DNA of 51,788 nucleotides from assembly GCA_030141605.1 (NCBI GenBank), contig JAQGDQ010002423.1, positions 1 to 51,788 on the forward strand, read 5' to 3'. The notes beneath the pieces are model-generated. The model made no database searches. It saw only the letters and a list, made by a program, of their open reading frames with translations, and was not told where the DNA came from. Numbering within the stretch: the first letter of the stretch is position 1; each line of letters begins with the position of its first letter. Origin of the DNA: Tubiluchus corallicola. Lineage: Eukaryota; Animalia; Priapulida. Below are positions 1 to 11,551 of the stretch, piece after piece. The position numbers and the translations under genes were made by a program.

Positions 1-101
1 GTCAGAGGAACTGTAGTAAGTTGCAGAAGATATGTATTTTTGCTTCTTAGTTTCTAAGTATTGGTTATTCAAGCACTATCTTATAAACTGTGTAAGTTTA
101 A

Positions 102-129
102 AATACCGGGGGTTGTAACCCCCGGTATT
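102..129. repeat. Perfect 13-bp-stem hairpin inside the IS left end
   Basis: AATACCGGGGGTT-GT-AACCCCCGGTATT. Confidence 0.7.
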
Positions 130-161
130 ACTTTGTTTAGTTTTAAAAACTTTATACAGCA

Positions 162-1358
162 ATGAAAAAAGAAGATTTATTAAATGATGATTTTCTGGGC
201 TAATTTAAATCAGGAGAAGAGCTCAGCGATTTTTTAAAAGACCTTCAGAAGCGAGGCATCAAAAAGATGTTGGAAGGAGAGCTTTATGGTCATTTGGGCT
301 ATGGTAAGAACCAAAAATCGGATAATCAAAACTCTTGAAATGGCTATACCGAAAAGAAAGTTCGTACCACACTGGGCGAATCACACATCCAGGTTCCCCG
401 AGACCGTGATGCTTCGTTTAAGCCTATGATTGTTCCCAAGAGAGGTAATATGGTCGATGGGTTAGAAAACATCATTGTTTCGTTTTACGCCAAAGGGATG
501 AGCAATAGCGATATTGAAGAGCAAATTCGCGAACTTTATGGCTTTGAAGTTTCTACATCTGCCATATCAAGGATTACCGATGCCGTTACCAATGATATTG
601 TAGTCTGGCAAAACCGTCCTCTGGAAACGGTTTATTTAATCGTTTGGCTGGATGGTATTGTATTCAAAGTACGTGAGAACTCCAAAGTTATCAATAAAAC
701 TGTTTACATTGCCGTAGGACTTCGCAGAGATGGTAAGAAAGAGGTTCTTGGCCTGTTTCTAGGCAAGAGTGAATCCGCTGCTTTTTGGATAAGTGTACTT
801 ACAGATATGAAAGCCTGTGGAGTTAATGACATCCTGATTACAGCAACAGACAACCTGAATGGTTTTACCGATACCATTCGTACTGTTTTTCCTGAATCAA
901 CAACACAAATCTGTGTTGTTCATCAAATCTGTAATGCAAGCAGATATGTTGTTTGGAAAGATAAAAAAGCATTTACAAGTGGTATGAAGCAAATCTATAA
1001 TGCCCCGACCAAAGATGCTGCAAAAGCTGTCCTGAACGATTTTGTCTCTCAGTGGGAAGAGAAGTATTCTTACGCAATCAAAAGCTGGAAAGACAACTGG
1101 GACGAACTGACTGTCTTTTTCGAGTTTCCTCTGGAAATCAGAAAAATAGTTTACACAACCAACCTGATTGAGAATTTGAATGGAAAAATCAGAAAATACA
1201 CAAAAAATAAACTTTCGTTTCCATCTGATCAGGCCGTAATAAAATCGGTATATTTGGCAACAAGAGAAGCAACCAAAAAATGGTCAATGCCAATCCAAAA
1301 CTGGGGAATTGTTCTGAATCAGTTTTTAATCTTATTTGAAAAGAGGGTTCAGCTATAA
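162..1358 (+). pseudogene. IS256-family (Mutator) DDE transposase, interrupted by two nonsense codons
   Basis: ATG at 162 is in frame with the 426-1358 ORF, with in-frame stops TAA 201-203 and TGA 336-338. Typical motifs are WQNRPL, vWLDGI, TDNLNG, QICVVH and YTTNLIE. Confidence 0.9.
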
Positions 1359-1410
1359 AAAGCTAAACCCTTGGGGTTTTTATTTACACAGTTTTGAAAC
1401 AGTGTCACGA

Positions 1411-3192
1411 TTACTGCCCACCTACATTTTGTAAGATTGGATAACCTCCATTGGCTTCGGGGTCTATTTTCCAAACATCTGTAAAATCCCAATTTTCATA
1501 GGTGGCCTCCTTCTTCATATCATTCGTAGTCTTACCCTCTCCGTTGCCTCCGTAAGAAGTATCCTGTCCTGTGGCTTCTGTGTCCCAGTAGCAGTTACTG
1601 TAAGTAACACCTTGAGTAGTGCCAAGTCCCACTAGGCCGCCAACACTTTTATCAGTAATTCCTTCATTTACCAATCCCGTAGCATAACAGTTTATTGTTG
1701 TGCCTTTGCCTCCACTATGAAGCGCCATGTTCTGTCCCACTAAGCCACCGCAATCTTTGCTACCTCTTAATGGGTGCCCTTTTTTAGCGTTAGTGTCGCC
1801 TGTAGCGTAGCAGTTGGATATATTGCCATTAAGGCTTACTCCCACCAGACCGCCGACAGAATTATAATCAGCTGTTACATTACCTGTAGCGTAACTATTG
1901 GATATATTACCTTCATAACTAAACCCCACCAGACCACCAACATAAGCAGGAGCAACATTAGGATCCGATTCTTTATTCATTACATTACTCGTAGCGTAGC
2001 TGTTGGATATACTACCACCAGAGTAAAGATACCCCACCAAACCGCCAACGTAACCTATCTCTGCCGTTACATCACCATCACCATCACCATCAACCGTAAC
2101 GTAACTACCCGATACACTGCCTTCTTTATTCCTCCCTACCAGACCGCCGACCACCTTCTTCCCTGTTACGCCATTGCTTGATATTGCTATTCCCACATTT
2201 CTTATCTTTACATCATTTCCTTCTATATAACCAAATAAGCCTACATTCTCTGTCTCTCTACGATTTATGAAAAAGCTACTTATTACATTATCATTACCTT
2301 CAAAACTGCCTGTAAACGGATTATTATTGTCAGGTGAATCTAAACTTTCATAACTACCTATAGGCTCAAAACCTTCTTTAGGAAGTGATTCAGGGAAACT
2401 TCCTCCATCCGTTGGTTCTGGAAGGGCTACATTGTTCTCTAAGCTATAATTACCTTCTAAATCATACTTCATACCCTGTAAGTCTTGCCAGCTTTTAATA
2501 GCGTATTGCTCCTTAGTAATGGTATAAGCAAACACATCATTATCTGTACCTATAGTTAAAGTAATGCTAACCTCTTCATCATTTATAGATTTCCAATCAT
2601 CTACAGATAAAGGATTTTCTATTTTGCCTATATTGTCTGTTACTGTTACTGTTTGTGCTGTTCCAGCATCTTTCTCTCCTATTTTCAGCGAATAAGTATA
2701 TGTTCCATCTGGCAAATTGCTTATTTCAAACAAATCTTCTTTTTCAAAATCACCTGCTCCTATACGGTTCTCTTTATTGTAATAGCTTAGGGCTTGGAAA
2801 GTAGGTTGTCCTACAGTTACTGCTACTGTATAGTCCTTATAATCACTTCCATTTTCTGCTACAACTGTATAGAGTACATCTCCACTAAAATCATTTTTCG
2901 TTTCGCCACTTATTTGAGGTTCACCATCTATATTTGCTTTTGCTCCTTCGGATACTTCAAAGATGGTTGTCAAGCTTAATACATCAGTGCCACTGGGTAA
3001 TTCTACTGAAATAGTGTTTTCTCCTATTTCCACTTGTTCATTTTCTATATCAAATGAATAGCTCTGAAAATCTTTGCCTGTATGTGAAACATGCTCATCT
3101 TTCTTTTTTCAGGAGGTGAAAACTAAAAGAAACAAAAATAAAAAAGATAAAAATATTCTTCCTAATTTAAATAGAAAAACTTCCTTTAACAA
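1411..3192 (-). pseudogene. GLUG-motif (filamentous haemagglutinin-like) surface lipoprotein; lipobox Cys codon replaced by TGA
   Basis: Many VGGLVG...NSYATG repeats and a C-terminal WDFTDVW...NGGYPIL. The upstream in-frame reading from TTG 3192 gives a signal peptide ending FLLVFTS*KKKDE, with TGA at 3111-3109. The remaining ORF is 1411-3033. Confidence 0.75.
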
Positions 3193-3409
3193 TAATCCTA
3201 TTTAATTTATAATCCTAAAAAAACAATATTTTTATGCAAAAGTAACTGTTTTTTTTAAATTTAGCAAGAAAAAAGAAAAGTTGTCATTTCTTTGCTAAAT
3301 GTCTTTTCTAAGTGTGTCTAAAAAAAGAGAAATAAATCACAATTAAAATAAGAAAACTATCTTGATTTGTTTTACTGCTAATTTCTAATACATTGCCAAA
3401 AATAGTTTG

Positions 3410-3635
3410 TTAGATAGAGAGTTCAAATGGCGTTCTATTTGTTATAGAACGTCCAAGTGTAATTTCATCTGCATATTCGAGTTCATTGCCTATAGATATG
3501 CCTCTGGCTATTGTAGATATGCTTACATCAAACTTATTTAGTTTTTTGTATAAGTAAAAGTTGGTAGTATCTCCTTCCATTGTTGTACTAAGAGCAAGGA
3601 TAATTTCGTCTATCTTGCCCTGTGATACTTTTTCT
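3410..3635 (-). CDS. recR: Recombination mediator RecR, C-terminal part (5' part lies in the N gap)
   Basis: Manual translation: [23 protein letters not shown]...[31 protein letters not shown]. Confidence 0.9.
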
Positions 3636-4403
3636 NNNNNNNNNNNNNNNNNNNNNNNNNNNNNNNNNNNNNNNNNNNNNNNNNNNNNNNNNNNNNNNNN
3701 NNNNNNNNNNNNNNNNNNNNNNNNNNNNNNNNNNNNNNNNNNNNNNNNNNNNNNNNNNNNNNNNNNNNNNNNNNNNNNNNNNNNNNNNNNNNNNNNNNNN
3801 NNNNNNNNNNNNNNNNNNNNNNNNNNNNNNNNNNNNNNNNNNNNNNNNNNNNNNNNNNNNNNNNNNNNNNNNNNNNNNNNNNNNNNNNNNNNNNNNNNNN
3901 NNNNNNNNNNNNNNNNNNNNNNNNNNNNNNNNNNNNNNNNNNNNNNNNNNNNNNNNNNNNNNNNNNNNNNNNNNNNNNNNNNNNNNNNNNNNNNNNNNNN
4001 NNNNNNNNNNNNNNNNNNNNNNNNNNNNNNNNNNNNNNNNNNNNNNNNNNNNNNNNNNNNNNNNNNNNNNNNNNNNNNNNNNNNNNNNNNNNNNNNNNNN
4101 NNNNNNNNNNNNNNNNNNNNNNNNNNNNNNNNNNNNNNNNNNNNNNNNNNNNNNNNNNNNNNNNNNNNNNNNNNNNNNNNNNNNNNNNNNNNNNNNNNNN
4201 NNNNNNNNNNNNNNNNNNNNNNNNNNNNNNNNNNNNNNNNNNNNNNNNNNNNNNNNNNNNNNNNNNNNNNNNNNNNNNNNNNNNNNNNNNNNNNNNNNNN
4301 NNNNNNNNNNNNNNNNNNNNNNNNNNNNNNNNNNNNNNNNNNNNNNNNNNNNNNNNNNNNNNNNNNNNNNNNNNNNNNNNNNNNNNNNNNNNNNNNNNNN
4401 NNN
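3636..4403. other. Assembly gap (run of N)
   Basis: Continuous N characters. Confidence 1.
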
Positions 4404-6765
4404 TCTGCTTTTTTTCCTGTTGAGTTTGTAGTTGTTTTAAAGCTTGTAGTTGTTTTTCAATGTTTGGTAAATCCTGCTCCATTTGGGAAATAGTAGATGC
4501 TACTTCTTTTTGTGCTGTTTTTACTATTTGGGTAAGGTAAGGTAGGCTTTGTTTTACTTTATTTAAGTCTTGTTGTATAGTATTAAGGTTGGAGGTATCT
4601 TTTGTTTTTTCTTTCAGCTGCTTGTATTCTGCTATTAGTTGGTTGCTATATTCCTTTGCTTTGTCCCCAGTTATAGCTTCTATTCTGCGTATGCCTGCCG
4701 CTATGGAGCTTTCTGATGTTATTTTGAATAGGCTTATCTCAGAAGTATTTTTCACGTGTATGCCGCCACACAACTCTATAGAGTCTCCAAATTTTATAGT
4801 TCTTACTTTTTCACCATACTTTTCGCCAAAAAAGGCAATAGCTCCCATCTCTTGGGCTTCTTGCATAGTGGCTTTTCTTTTTTCTTCGAGGGGGATATTT
4901 GCAAGTATAAGTTGATTGATTTTAAGTTCTACTTTTTGTAGTTCTTCTGCTGTAAGTTTTTGAAAGTGGCTAAAATCAAATCTCAAATAATTGGGATGCA
5001 CCAACGATCCTTTTTGTTCTATATGTGTTCCAAGAGTTTCCCTTAGTATGTGGTGGAGTAGGTGAGTGGCTGTATGATTATTAGCAGAGTTTTGTCTACT
5101 GCAAATGTTTACTACAGCTTCGAAAGTTGCTGTAAGGTTTGTGGGCAATTGTCCTGCGTGATGTATTATCAGATTATTCTCTTTGGTAGTATTAACTATT
5201 TTTATCTTTTCATTATTGTATTGTATGTATCCTGTGTCACCTACCTGTCCTCCTCCTTCAGGGTAAAAAGGAGACTGGTTAAAGACTAAATGATATATAT
5301 TTTTGTTTTTCTGTGTTACTTTTCGATGGCGGACTATTTTTATAGGATAGGTAGTGTGGTCATAACCTTTGAACTGGGTTGATTCATCTGTTTTTATTAT
5401 TGTTGTCCAGTCAGTAGTTTCTGTTTTGGAGTCGTCCTTTGAGCGTTGTTTTTGTTTTTGCATTTCAGTTTTAAACTGTTCCCTGTCTACCGTCATTCCT
5501 TGTTCTTTTAGTATAAGCTCTGTAAGGTCTAAAGGAAAACCATAAGTATCATAAAGTTCAAAGGCTACTTTACCATTTATTTGAGTGATGTTATTGTCTT
5601 TGTTTTTTTCTATTATCTGGTTGAGAAGTTTTATCCCTATTTCAAGCGTATGAAGAAATGTGGTCTCTTCTTCTTTGATTACTTTAGTAATAAGTGTTTG
5701 TTGGGTTTTGAGTTCAGGGTATGCTTCTCCCATAGTATTTATAAGTGTAGGTACAACACTGTAAATAAAGGGCTGATTGAGATGCAAAAAGTTGTAACCA
5801 TAACGAATAGCTCTACGTAATATACGCCTGATAACATAGCCTGCTTTGTTGTTGGAAGGCAACTGCCCATCGGCAATAGAGAAAGTTACAGCTCTTAGAT
5901 GGTCTGCAATAACGCGCATTGCTATATCTGTTTTTCCATCTTTTCCGTAGGAAATGTTTGCTATTTGAGCTATTTGAGAGATAAGAGGTTGAAATATATC
6001 TGTATCGTAATTAGAGGTTTTTTGTTGTAGTGCACTGGTCAATCGTTCAAAGCCCATACCTGTATCTACATTTTTTTGTGGTAGAGGTTCAAGTGTTTTA
6101 TCTGCTTTGCGGTTGTATTGTATAAACACGAGATTCCATATTTCTATCACCTCTGGATGGTCTTTATTTACGAGTGTTGCTCCATCTATCTTTTTTCGTT
6201 CTTTTTCGCTTCTTATATCTATATGTATCTCTGAGCAAGGTCCACAGGGGCCTGTATCTCCCATTTCCCAAAAGTTATCTTTTTTAGAGCCATTGAGTAC
6301 TCTTTCTTTGGGCAAATACTTTTTCCACTGCTGAAAGGCTTCTTCATCTTTCCCTAAATTTTCTTTGGGGCTTCCTTCAAAAATAGTGGCGTACAATCTA
6401 TTTTTGTCCATTTTAAGTCTATCTACTAAAAACTCCCAAGCCCATTCTATAGCTTCTTTTTTGAAGTAATCGCCAAACGACCAATTACCTAGCATCTCAA
6501 ACATTGTATGATGGTAGGTGTCGTGTCCTACTTCCTCCAAGTCGTTGTGTTTTCCCGATACTCTAAGGCACTTTTGCGAATTAGCAACTCTAAGATGCTT
6601 GGGGGTGGTATTGCCAAGAAATAAATCTTTGAATTGGTTCATTCCCGCATTGATAAACATTAGGCTAGGGTCATCTTTTACAATTATGGGAGCAGAATGC
6701 TGTATATTATGTTGTTTTTCTTTAAAGAAATTTAAAAATGCTTGCCTTATCTCGTTTGCTTTCAT
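4404..6765 (-). CDS. alaS: Alanine--tRNA ligase (3' end in gap)
   Basis: Motifs [46 protein letters not shown] and ELCGGIHV. Confidence 0.97.
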
Positions 6766-6793
6766 TGTAATATTCTTGTTTCATATACTATTT

Positions 6794-6955
6794 TAAGGAA
6801 CTACACGCAGTTTAATGATATTTCAATACATTAGCTATTGCGAGCTTTTGCAGTTTTCTTTGTGCTAAGAATAACGATAGCAAGGTGCAACAGAGTTTAC
6901 TAAGCACATATATCTACTATGATTACCTTGGTGTATATTTGCATATAGTTGCCTA
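6794..6955. mobile_element. About 160-bp MITE-like element
   Basis: Degenerate terminal inverted repeats TAAGGAACTACACGCA and TGCATATAGTTGCCTA. A related copy in the opposite orientation lies at 51226-51388. Confidence 0.5.
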
Positions 6956-7092
6956 AAAAAATGCATAATTTTTTTTCTTATGGAGAGCAAAGATACAAAA
7001 TAAAGAGGTTTTGTCATTATTATTTCTGTTGTATAATTTTATTAAATTATCTTTGAATATCTTTAAAAGATTCGAATTTTTAAAAGTATTTT

Positions 7093-7968
7093 ATGTTGCG
7101 GTTTATATTCATATTTATTTTCCTCTACGGAGTAGTGAAAAGTAATTTTGCACAGGATTTTTTTGATACTACAGCTCCTCAGTCTTATAGAGACAAACAA
7201 CTGAAAGAAAAAGGTTTTAATAAAGTGGATGAGAATGGAATGAAACAAGGTGTATGGAAGAAATATTATGGGAATGGCAGCCTGAAATATGAAGCTAACT
7301 TTGTGGATGATAAGCCAGTGGGCGAAGTGAAACGATATTACCCTAATGGCTTCATAAGAGTGAAACTTTATTATCCAACAACAGATGCCAGTGCTTTGTC
7401 AGGCAGACAGGATTCAGTGAGAGCTGTTTTGTATGATGAAAAGGGAAAGAAAACAGCAGAAGGAGTGTATGTGAATAATAAAAAAGAAAATGAGTGGAGG
7501 TATTTTTCCGAAAACGGACTTTTGGTATCAACAGAGGTGTATAAAAATGGTTATAAAAATGGTTGGGAGAAAAAATATTTTAAGAATGGTAAAATATACG
7601 AAGAAACAATGTGGGTAAAGGATATGAAAAATGGCAAAGAAAGGAAGTTTTATTTTTCAGGAAAAGTGCAAATGGAGGCGAATTATGAAAATGATATGTT
7701 AACGGGACGTTTTAGCAATTTTTTTGAGGATGGAATTTTAAAAATAGAAGGACATTATGTAAATGATAAAAGGAATGGAGAATGGAAGTTTTTTAAAAAT
7801 AATGGAGAGTTGGACTATATAATGATATATAATGATGGAACGGTTGTAAATATTGAAGAGCTGGAAGAACGTCAACGTAAAGAGTTTGAAGAATACGAAA
7901 AGAACAAACACTTGCTAAAAGATCCTGAAAAATATAGAGAGAATGTAGATGGGTATTTGTCTAAGTAA
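7093..7968 (+). CDS. Secreted MORN/YwqK-like repeat protein
   Basis: Signal peptide followed by repeated G.W..YY.NG.L..E..Y units. Confidence 0.85.
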   Translation: MLRFIFIFIFLYGVVKSNFAQDFFDTTAPQSYRDKQLKEKGFNKVDENGMKQGVWKKYYGNGSLKYEANFVDDKPVGEVKRYYPNGFIRVKLYYPTTDASALSGRQDSVRAVLYDEKGKKTAEGVYVNNKKENEWRYFSENGLLVSTEVYKNGYKNGWEKKYFKNGKIYEETMWVKDMKNGKERKFYFSGKVQMEANYENDMLTGRFSNFFEDGILKIEGHYVNDKRNGEWKFFKNNGELDYIMIYNDGTVVNIEELEERQRKEFEEYEKNKHLLKDPEKYRENVDGYLSK

Positions 7969-8208
7969 TAGTTTTTTGTTTAAGTAAAAGCTAATATTTA
8001 GGAATTAAAATTTTTCACTTAAGATAATAATGCGAAAGTTTTTTCAGGCACTATCCTAAATTTTTCGTAAAGCATCTTTTGGGTTACTTTAATTGTGTTG
8101 TTAAAGATAGAAATAAATTGGTTAAGTATAATTTCCCAGTTATAAACTGGGCTTGTCCATTTTTGAGTTGCTTGCCTATATTAAAGAATAGAGACTTTAC
8201 ACAAAATC

Positions 8209-9297
8209 CTAGACAATGGGCTTTTTTTCACTGGGAACTAAACCTAATTTATTTATTATTTCGTGGGTAAGTTCTAAGTTTTCATGAACTTTGAGAACTT
8301 CTTGATAATCCCATAACTTTAATTTTCCTTGTAAATCTTTAATGATTTCTGCTTGTTCTTCTATCTTTCCTAATTGGTCTTTATCAGATACAGCAACAAT
8401 TCCTTGCACAGAAGGATTATTTAATGACTTCAATAGGTTTATAAGTAAACTATCTATACTTCCACTTGTTTGCACTTCAAATACATAAGTTATCGTTCCC
8501 ATATTCCCTATTTTAGTATCCCATATAGTGTCTACTCTTGAACCAGTTGCTATTTTCTTTTCTATTTCTGCATTGAAGCCTAAGAAAAATCCTATTTCTT
8601 TTAATTTATCTCTAATATCGTTGTGTATAAATTCTTTTTTATCTGTTAGTATGTCTTCTTTTTGTTTGATGTTGGATTGTATGTTACTTAGGTTGGTCTC
8701 CATTTGTAGTTCATCCCATATAAAGTAATCTACTGCCAAGTGCGAACAATCTTCAAAGCCCATTTTTTTCATTTCTTGAGCTATTTCATTACTGACATTA
8801 CATATATTGTTGTATTTTTTGCCATCAAGTTGATAGTCGTATCTTGGTAAGTTTTCTACTTCTAGATAATTTAAAGCAACTAAGGCTCTTCTGTTCCAAA
8901 TAGCAAATTTTTCAGGATACATTTTACATAGTAATTCACTTATCATAGCAGGTCCCATACCTTTTATATTTTTGCGAAAATTATCCCATCTTTTTTCTAT
9001 GGGGTCATCTTCCCATATTAAATTGGCTAATTGTGCCTTTATTTTATCTAGATCATTATCAGTTAATAGACTGTTTATAACATATTGTTTGTTGCCCCAG
9101 AATGACATTGCCCAAAGCGATGATATATATTCGCTGAATGTTTCTTCATCTATTGATAATAGTTTTTCTTTGGTGAATGATTGATAATAAGCGATTATAT
9201 TTCTTCTTTCTTGCAGGTCTTCGTTAGCTTTGGTTGTGTTTTTTGATAAGTTCTTTTTGAATTTTTTTAAATGTTTTTGTAATAGTTTTTTATTCAT
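8209..9297 (-). CDS. Hypothetical protein with a putative C-terminal PD-(D/E)XK-like nuclease domain
   Basis: 362-aa ORF with C-terminal H...E...RVDTIW...YVFEVQ spacing typical of the restriction-endonuclease fold. Confidence 0.55.
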   Translation of the reverse strand: MNKKLLQKHLKKFKKNLSKNTTKANEDLQERRNIIAYYQSFTKEKLLSIDEETFSEYISSLWAMSFWGNKQYVINSLLTDNDLDKIKAQLANLIWEDDPIEKRWDNFRKNIKGMGPAMISELLCKMYPEKFAIWNRRALVALNYLEVENLPRYDYQLDGKKYNNICNVSNEIAQEMKKMGFEDCSHLAVDYFIWDELQMETNLSNIQSNIKQKEDILTDKKEFIHNDIRDKLKEIGFFLGFNAEIEKKIATGSRVDTIWDTKIGNMGTITYVFEVQTSGSIDSLLINLLKSLNNPSVQGIVAVSDKDQLGKIEEQAEIIKDLQGKLKLWDYQEVLKVHENLELTHEIINKLGLVPSEKKPIV

Positions 9298-9322
9298 TGT
9301 CTTAAGTCTTAAAATTGTAAGT

Positions 9323-10063
9323 TTAAAGTTTATTTTCTTTAATTAACCTATTTGCATTTTTCAAGTCTTCTGGGGTATCTATTTCAATACCCATATATTG
9401 TGTGATGATACACTTTATATTTAGCCCATTTTCCAAAAGGCGTAGAGGTTCTAACTTTTCGGTACTTTCTAAAAGGCTTACATCCATATGATAAAAATCT
9501 AATAGAGCTTTTCGCCTGAAAGCATAAATACCAATATGTTCATAAAACTTTACACCTGTATTTTTATCTCTTGGATAAGGTATAGGTGAGCGTGAAAAAT
9601 AAAGAGCAAATTGTTGAAGGTCTGTTACTACTTTTACGTAATTGGGGTCATTTATTTGTTTTTCGTCTGTCATTACCTGCATCAAAGTAGCTACATCTAC
9701 TTTATCAGCATCTTTTCCTTCGAAGGCTTTTAACAAGTCTTGTAGAGCTTTTTTGTTGGTAAAAGGCTCATCTCCCTGTATATTGACAATAACATCGGCT
9801 TCTATATTTTCTGTTGCCTCTGCTATGCGGTCGGTGCCGCATTCGTGTTGTTTTTGGCTCATTATGGCTTTTCCTCCATTACTGACTATTTCATCATATA
9901 TTTGAGGGCTATCGGTTACCACATATACCTCATCAAACAAATGTGTTTTTAGGCTATTTTCATAGGTAGTGCGTATTACTGTTTTGTCTCCCAGTTTTGC
10001 CATCAACTTAGCAGGGAAGCGTGTGGCTTCATAGCGGGCAGGTATAAGGGCTACTATTTTCAT
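9323..10063 (-). CDS. kdsB: 3-deoxy-manno-octulosonate cytidylyltransferase
   Basis: Motifs IPARYEATRFPAK, NIQGDEP, ALYFSRSPIPY and HIGIYAFR. Confidence 0.95.
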   Translation of the reverse strand: MKIVALIPARYEATRFPAKLMAKLGDKTVIRTTYENSLKTHLFDEVYVVTDSPQIYDEIVSNGGKAIMSQKQHECGTDRIAEATENIEADVIVNIQGDEPFTNKKALQDLLKAFEGKDADKVDVATLMQVMTDEKQINDPNYVKVVTDLQQFALYFSRSPIPYPRDKNTGVKFYEHIGIYAFRRKALLDFYHMDVSLLESTEKLEPLRLLENGLNIKCIITQYMGIEIDTPEDLKNANRLIKENKL

Positions 10064-10066
10064 TTG

Positions 10067-11257
10067 CTAAACAACGGATTTTAGAACTTCAAACATTTTT
10101 TCTGCTCTTTGCTTTACTTCTTCTTCTGTCCAAGAGAGTTTAATAAGGCAAGATATATTTTTGCTCATAATGTCATCCGATTGACTTAAATTTAAATTGT
10201 TGTAATCTATTTTACTCAACAACTGTGTAGGGTACTTAGCTAAGATTTTCATTTCTTTAAGGTGTTGCCACTTGCGTATATAGTGCCAGTTGTTGTCGTA
10301 CCAGTAGAATGCTCCATCAATACCAGCTTCAGCCAATTTTTTACTTGCTTGTCGTGTTTGCTCTTCAGTAGGTAAAAAGAATGACAAAAATGATGCGTTA
10401 TCACCCTTTTCATCAGGAATACGACGAAACTTTATTGCTGGAATTTCTTTGAGCTTATCTTTCAATATCTTTTTATTTCTTCTTTGTATTTCAAGTATCT
10501 GTTGTGTTTTTCTTATCTGTGCCAATCCTACTGCAGCGTGCAGTTCGCTTATACGGTAATTGTAGCCAATGAAAGGATGTGTTTCTGCTCCACGGTCGTT
10601 GCCTATATGGTCGTGTCCGTGGTCAGAGTAGGCATCTGCCTTTGTATATAAATCTTTGTTGTTGGTTATTACTGCCCCGCCTTCTCCACAGGTAACAGTT
10701 TTTACAAAATCGAAAGAGTAGCAGCCCATATCTCCAAACGAACCTATTGTTTGTCCCTTATAGCTTGCTCCGTAAGCTTGGCAGGCATCTTCTATAAGTT
10801 TAAGATTATGCTTATCGCAAAGTTTTTTTATCTTGTCTATTTGTGCCATAGAACCGCACATATGTACAGGTATTACAGCCTTAGTTTTTGGGGTGATGGC
10901 TTTTTCTATGGCTTGTGGAGATAGGCAAAGTGTTTCATCAATATCGGCAAAAACAGGAGTTGCCCCTGCTGTGAGAACTGCCTCAAATGTAGCTACAAAA
11001 GTAAAAGGAGGAAGGATGACTTCATCTCCTGCTCCAATACCACAGCAAGCCAGAGCAATATTGAGTGCAGATGTTCCATTGGCACAAAGCTGAGTGTACT
11101 TTACATTGAGTGTTTTACATAATTCTTCTTCCAGCTCTTTGGCTTTCCAATGTCCATTTCTCGCTGCATCAAAATTATAACGCATTAGAATACCAGTTTC
11201 TAATACATCTAATACTTCTTTTTTTTCTTTATCATCAAATATTTCAAATCCGGGCAT
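10067..11257 (-). CDS. DegT/DnrJ/EryC1/StrS PLP aminotransferase, KdnA-like (8-amino-Kdo transaminase)
   Basis: IEDACQA and SFDFVKTVTCGEGG PLP motifs. The MPGFE.F...RYNFD..RN..WK N-terminus resembles KdnA, and the gene lies directly upstream of kdsB. Confidence 0.85.
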   Translation of the reverse strand: MPGFEIFDDKEKKEVLDVLETGILMRYNFDAARNGHWKAKELEEELCKTLNVKYTQLCANGTSALNIALACCGIGAGDEVILPPFTFVATFEAVLTAGATPVFADIDETLCLSPQAIEKAITPKTKAVIPVHMCGSMAQIDKIKKLCDKHNLKLIEDACQAYGASYKGQTIGSFGDMGCYSFDFVKTVTCGEGGAVITNNKDLYTKADAYSDHGHDHIGNDRGAETHPFIGYNYRISELHAAVGLAQIRKTQQILEIQRRNKKILKDKLKEIPAIKFRRIPDEKGDNASFLSFFLPTEEQTRQASKKLAEAGIDGAFYWYDNNWHYIRKWQHLKEMKILAKYPTQLLSKIDYNNLNLSQSDDIMSKNISCLIKLSWTEEEVKQRAEKMFEVLKSVV

Positions 11258-11551
11258 ATTATTGTTTTTTTATTATTTCAAACTACAAAGATATGAAAAT
11301 CGTGTCAAGTAGAATAATAATATATAAGCTGGTGGTAAATGGCTTGTTATACCAGCAAAAACAGATGTTTTCTAAGTTTTTAGGCTTTATGTATTTTGTT
11401 GTTGCAAGATTTAGGAATGACAATAATTAATTTATATGTTTTTTTTGTGTATTTATGTATTATTTTGTTATACTTGCATTTTATGATTCTAATATTTTTT
11501 AGTTTTTGTACAATTAACTTAATTTTTAATACACATTTAAAATTTTTAACA

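Larger units (their letters stand above)
72..1406 (+). mobile_element. IS256-family insertion sequence (defective)
   Basis: Imperfect terminal inverted repeats AGCACTATCTTATAAACTGTGTAA (72-95) and TTACACAGTTTTGAAACAGTGTC (1384-1406) enclose an IS256-type transposase. No target-site duplication is visible. Confidence 0.8.

Noticed and set aside
3561-4493. Long ORFs spanning the N run, including the 1051-aa AlaS
   Set aside because: These are artefacts of translating through the assembly gap.
7093-7968. Toxin-antitoxin system (YwqK antitoxin label)
   Set aside because: The protein is a secreted MORN-like repeat protein common in Bacteroidota, and no toxin partner is adjacent.
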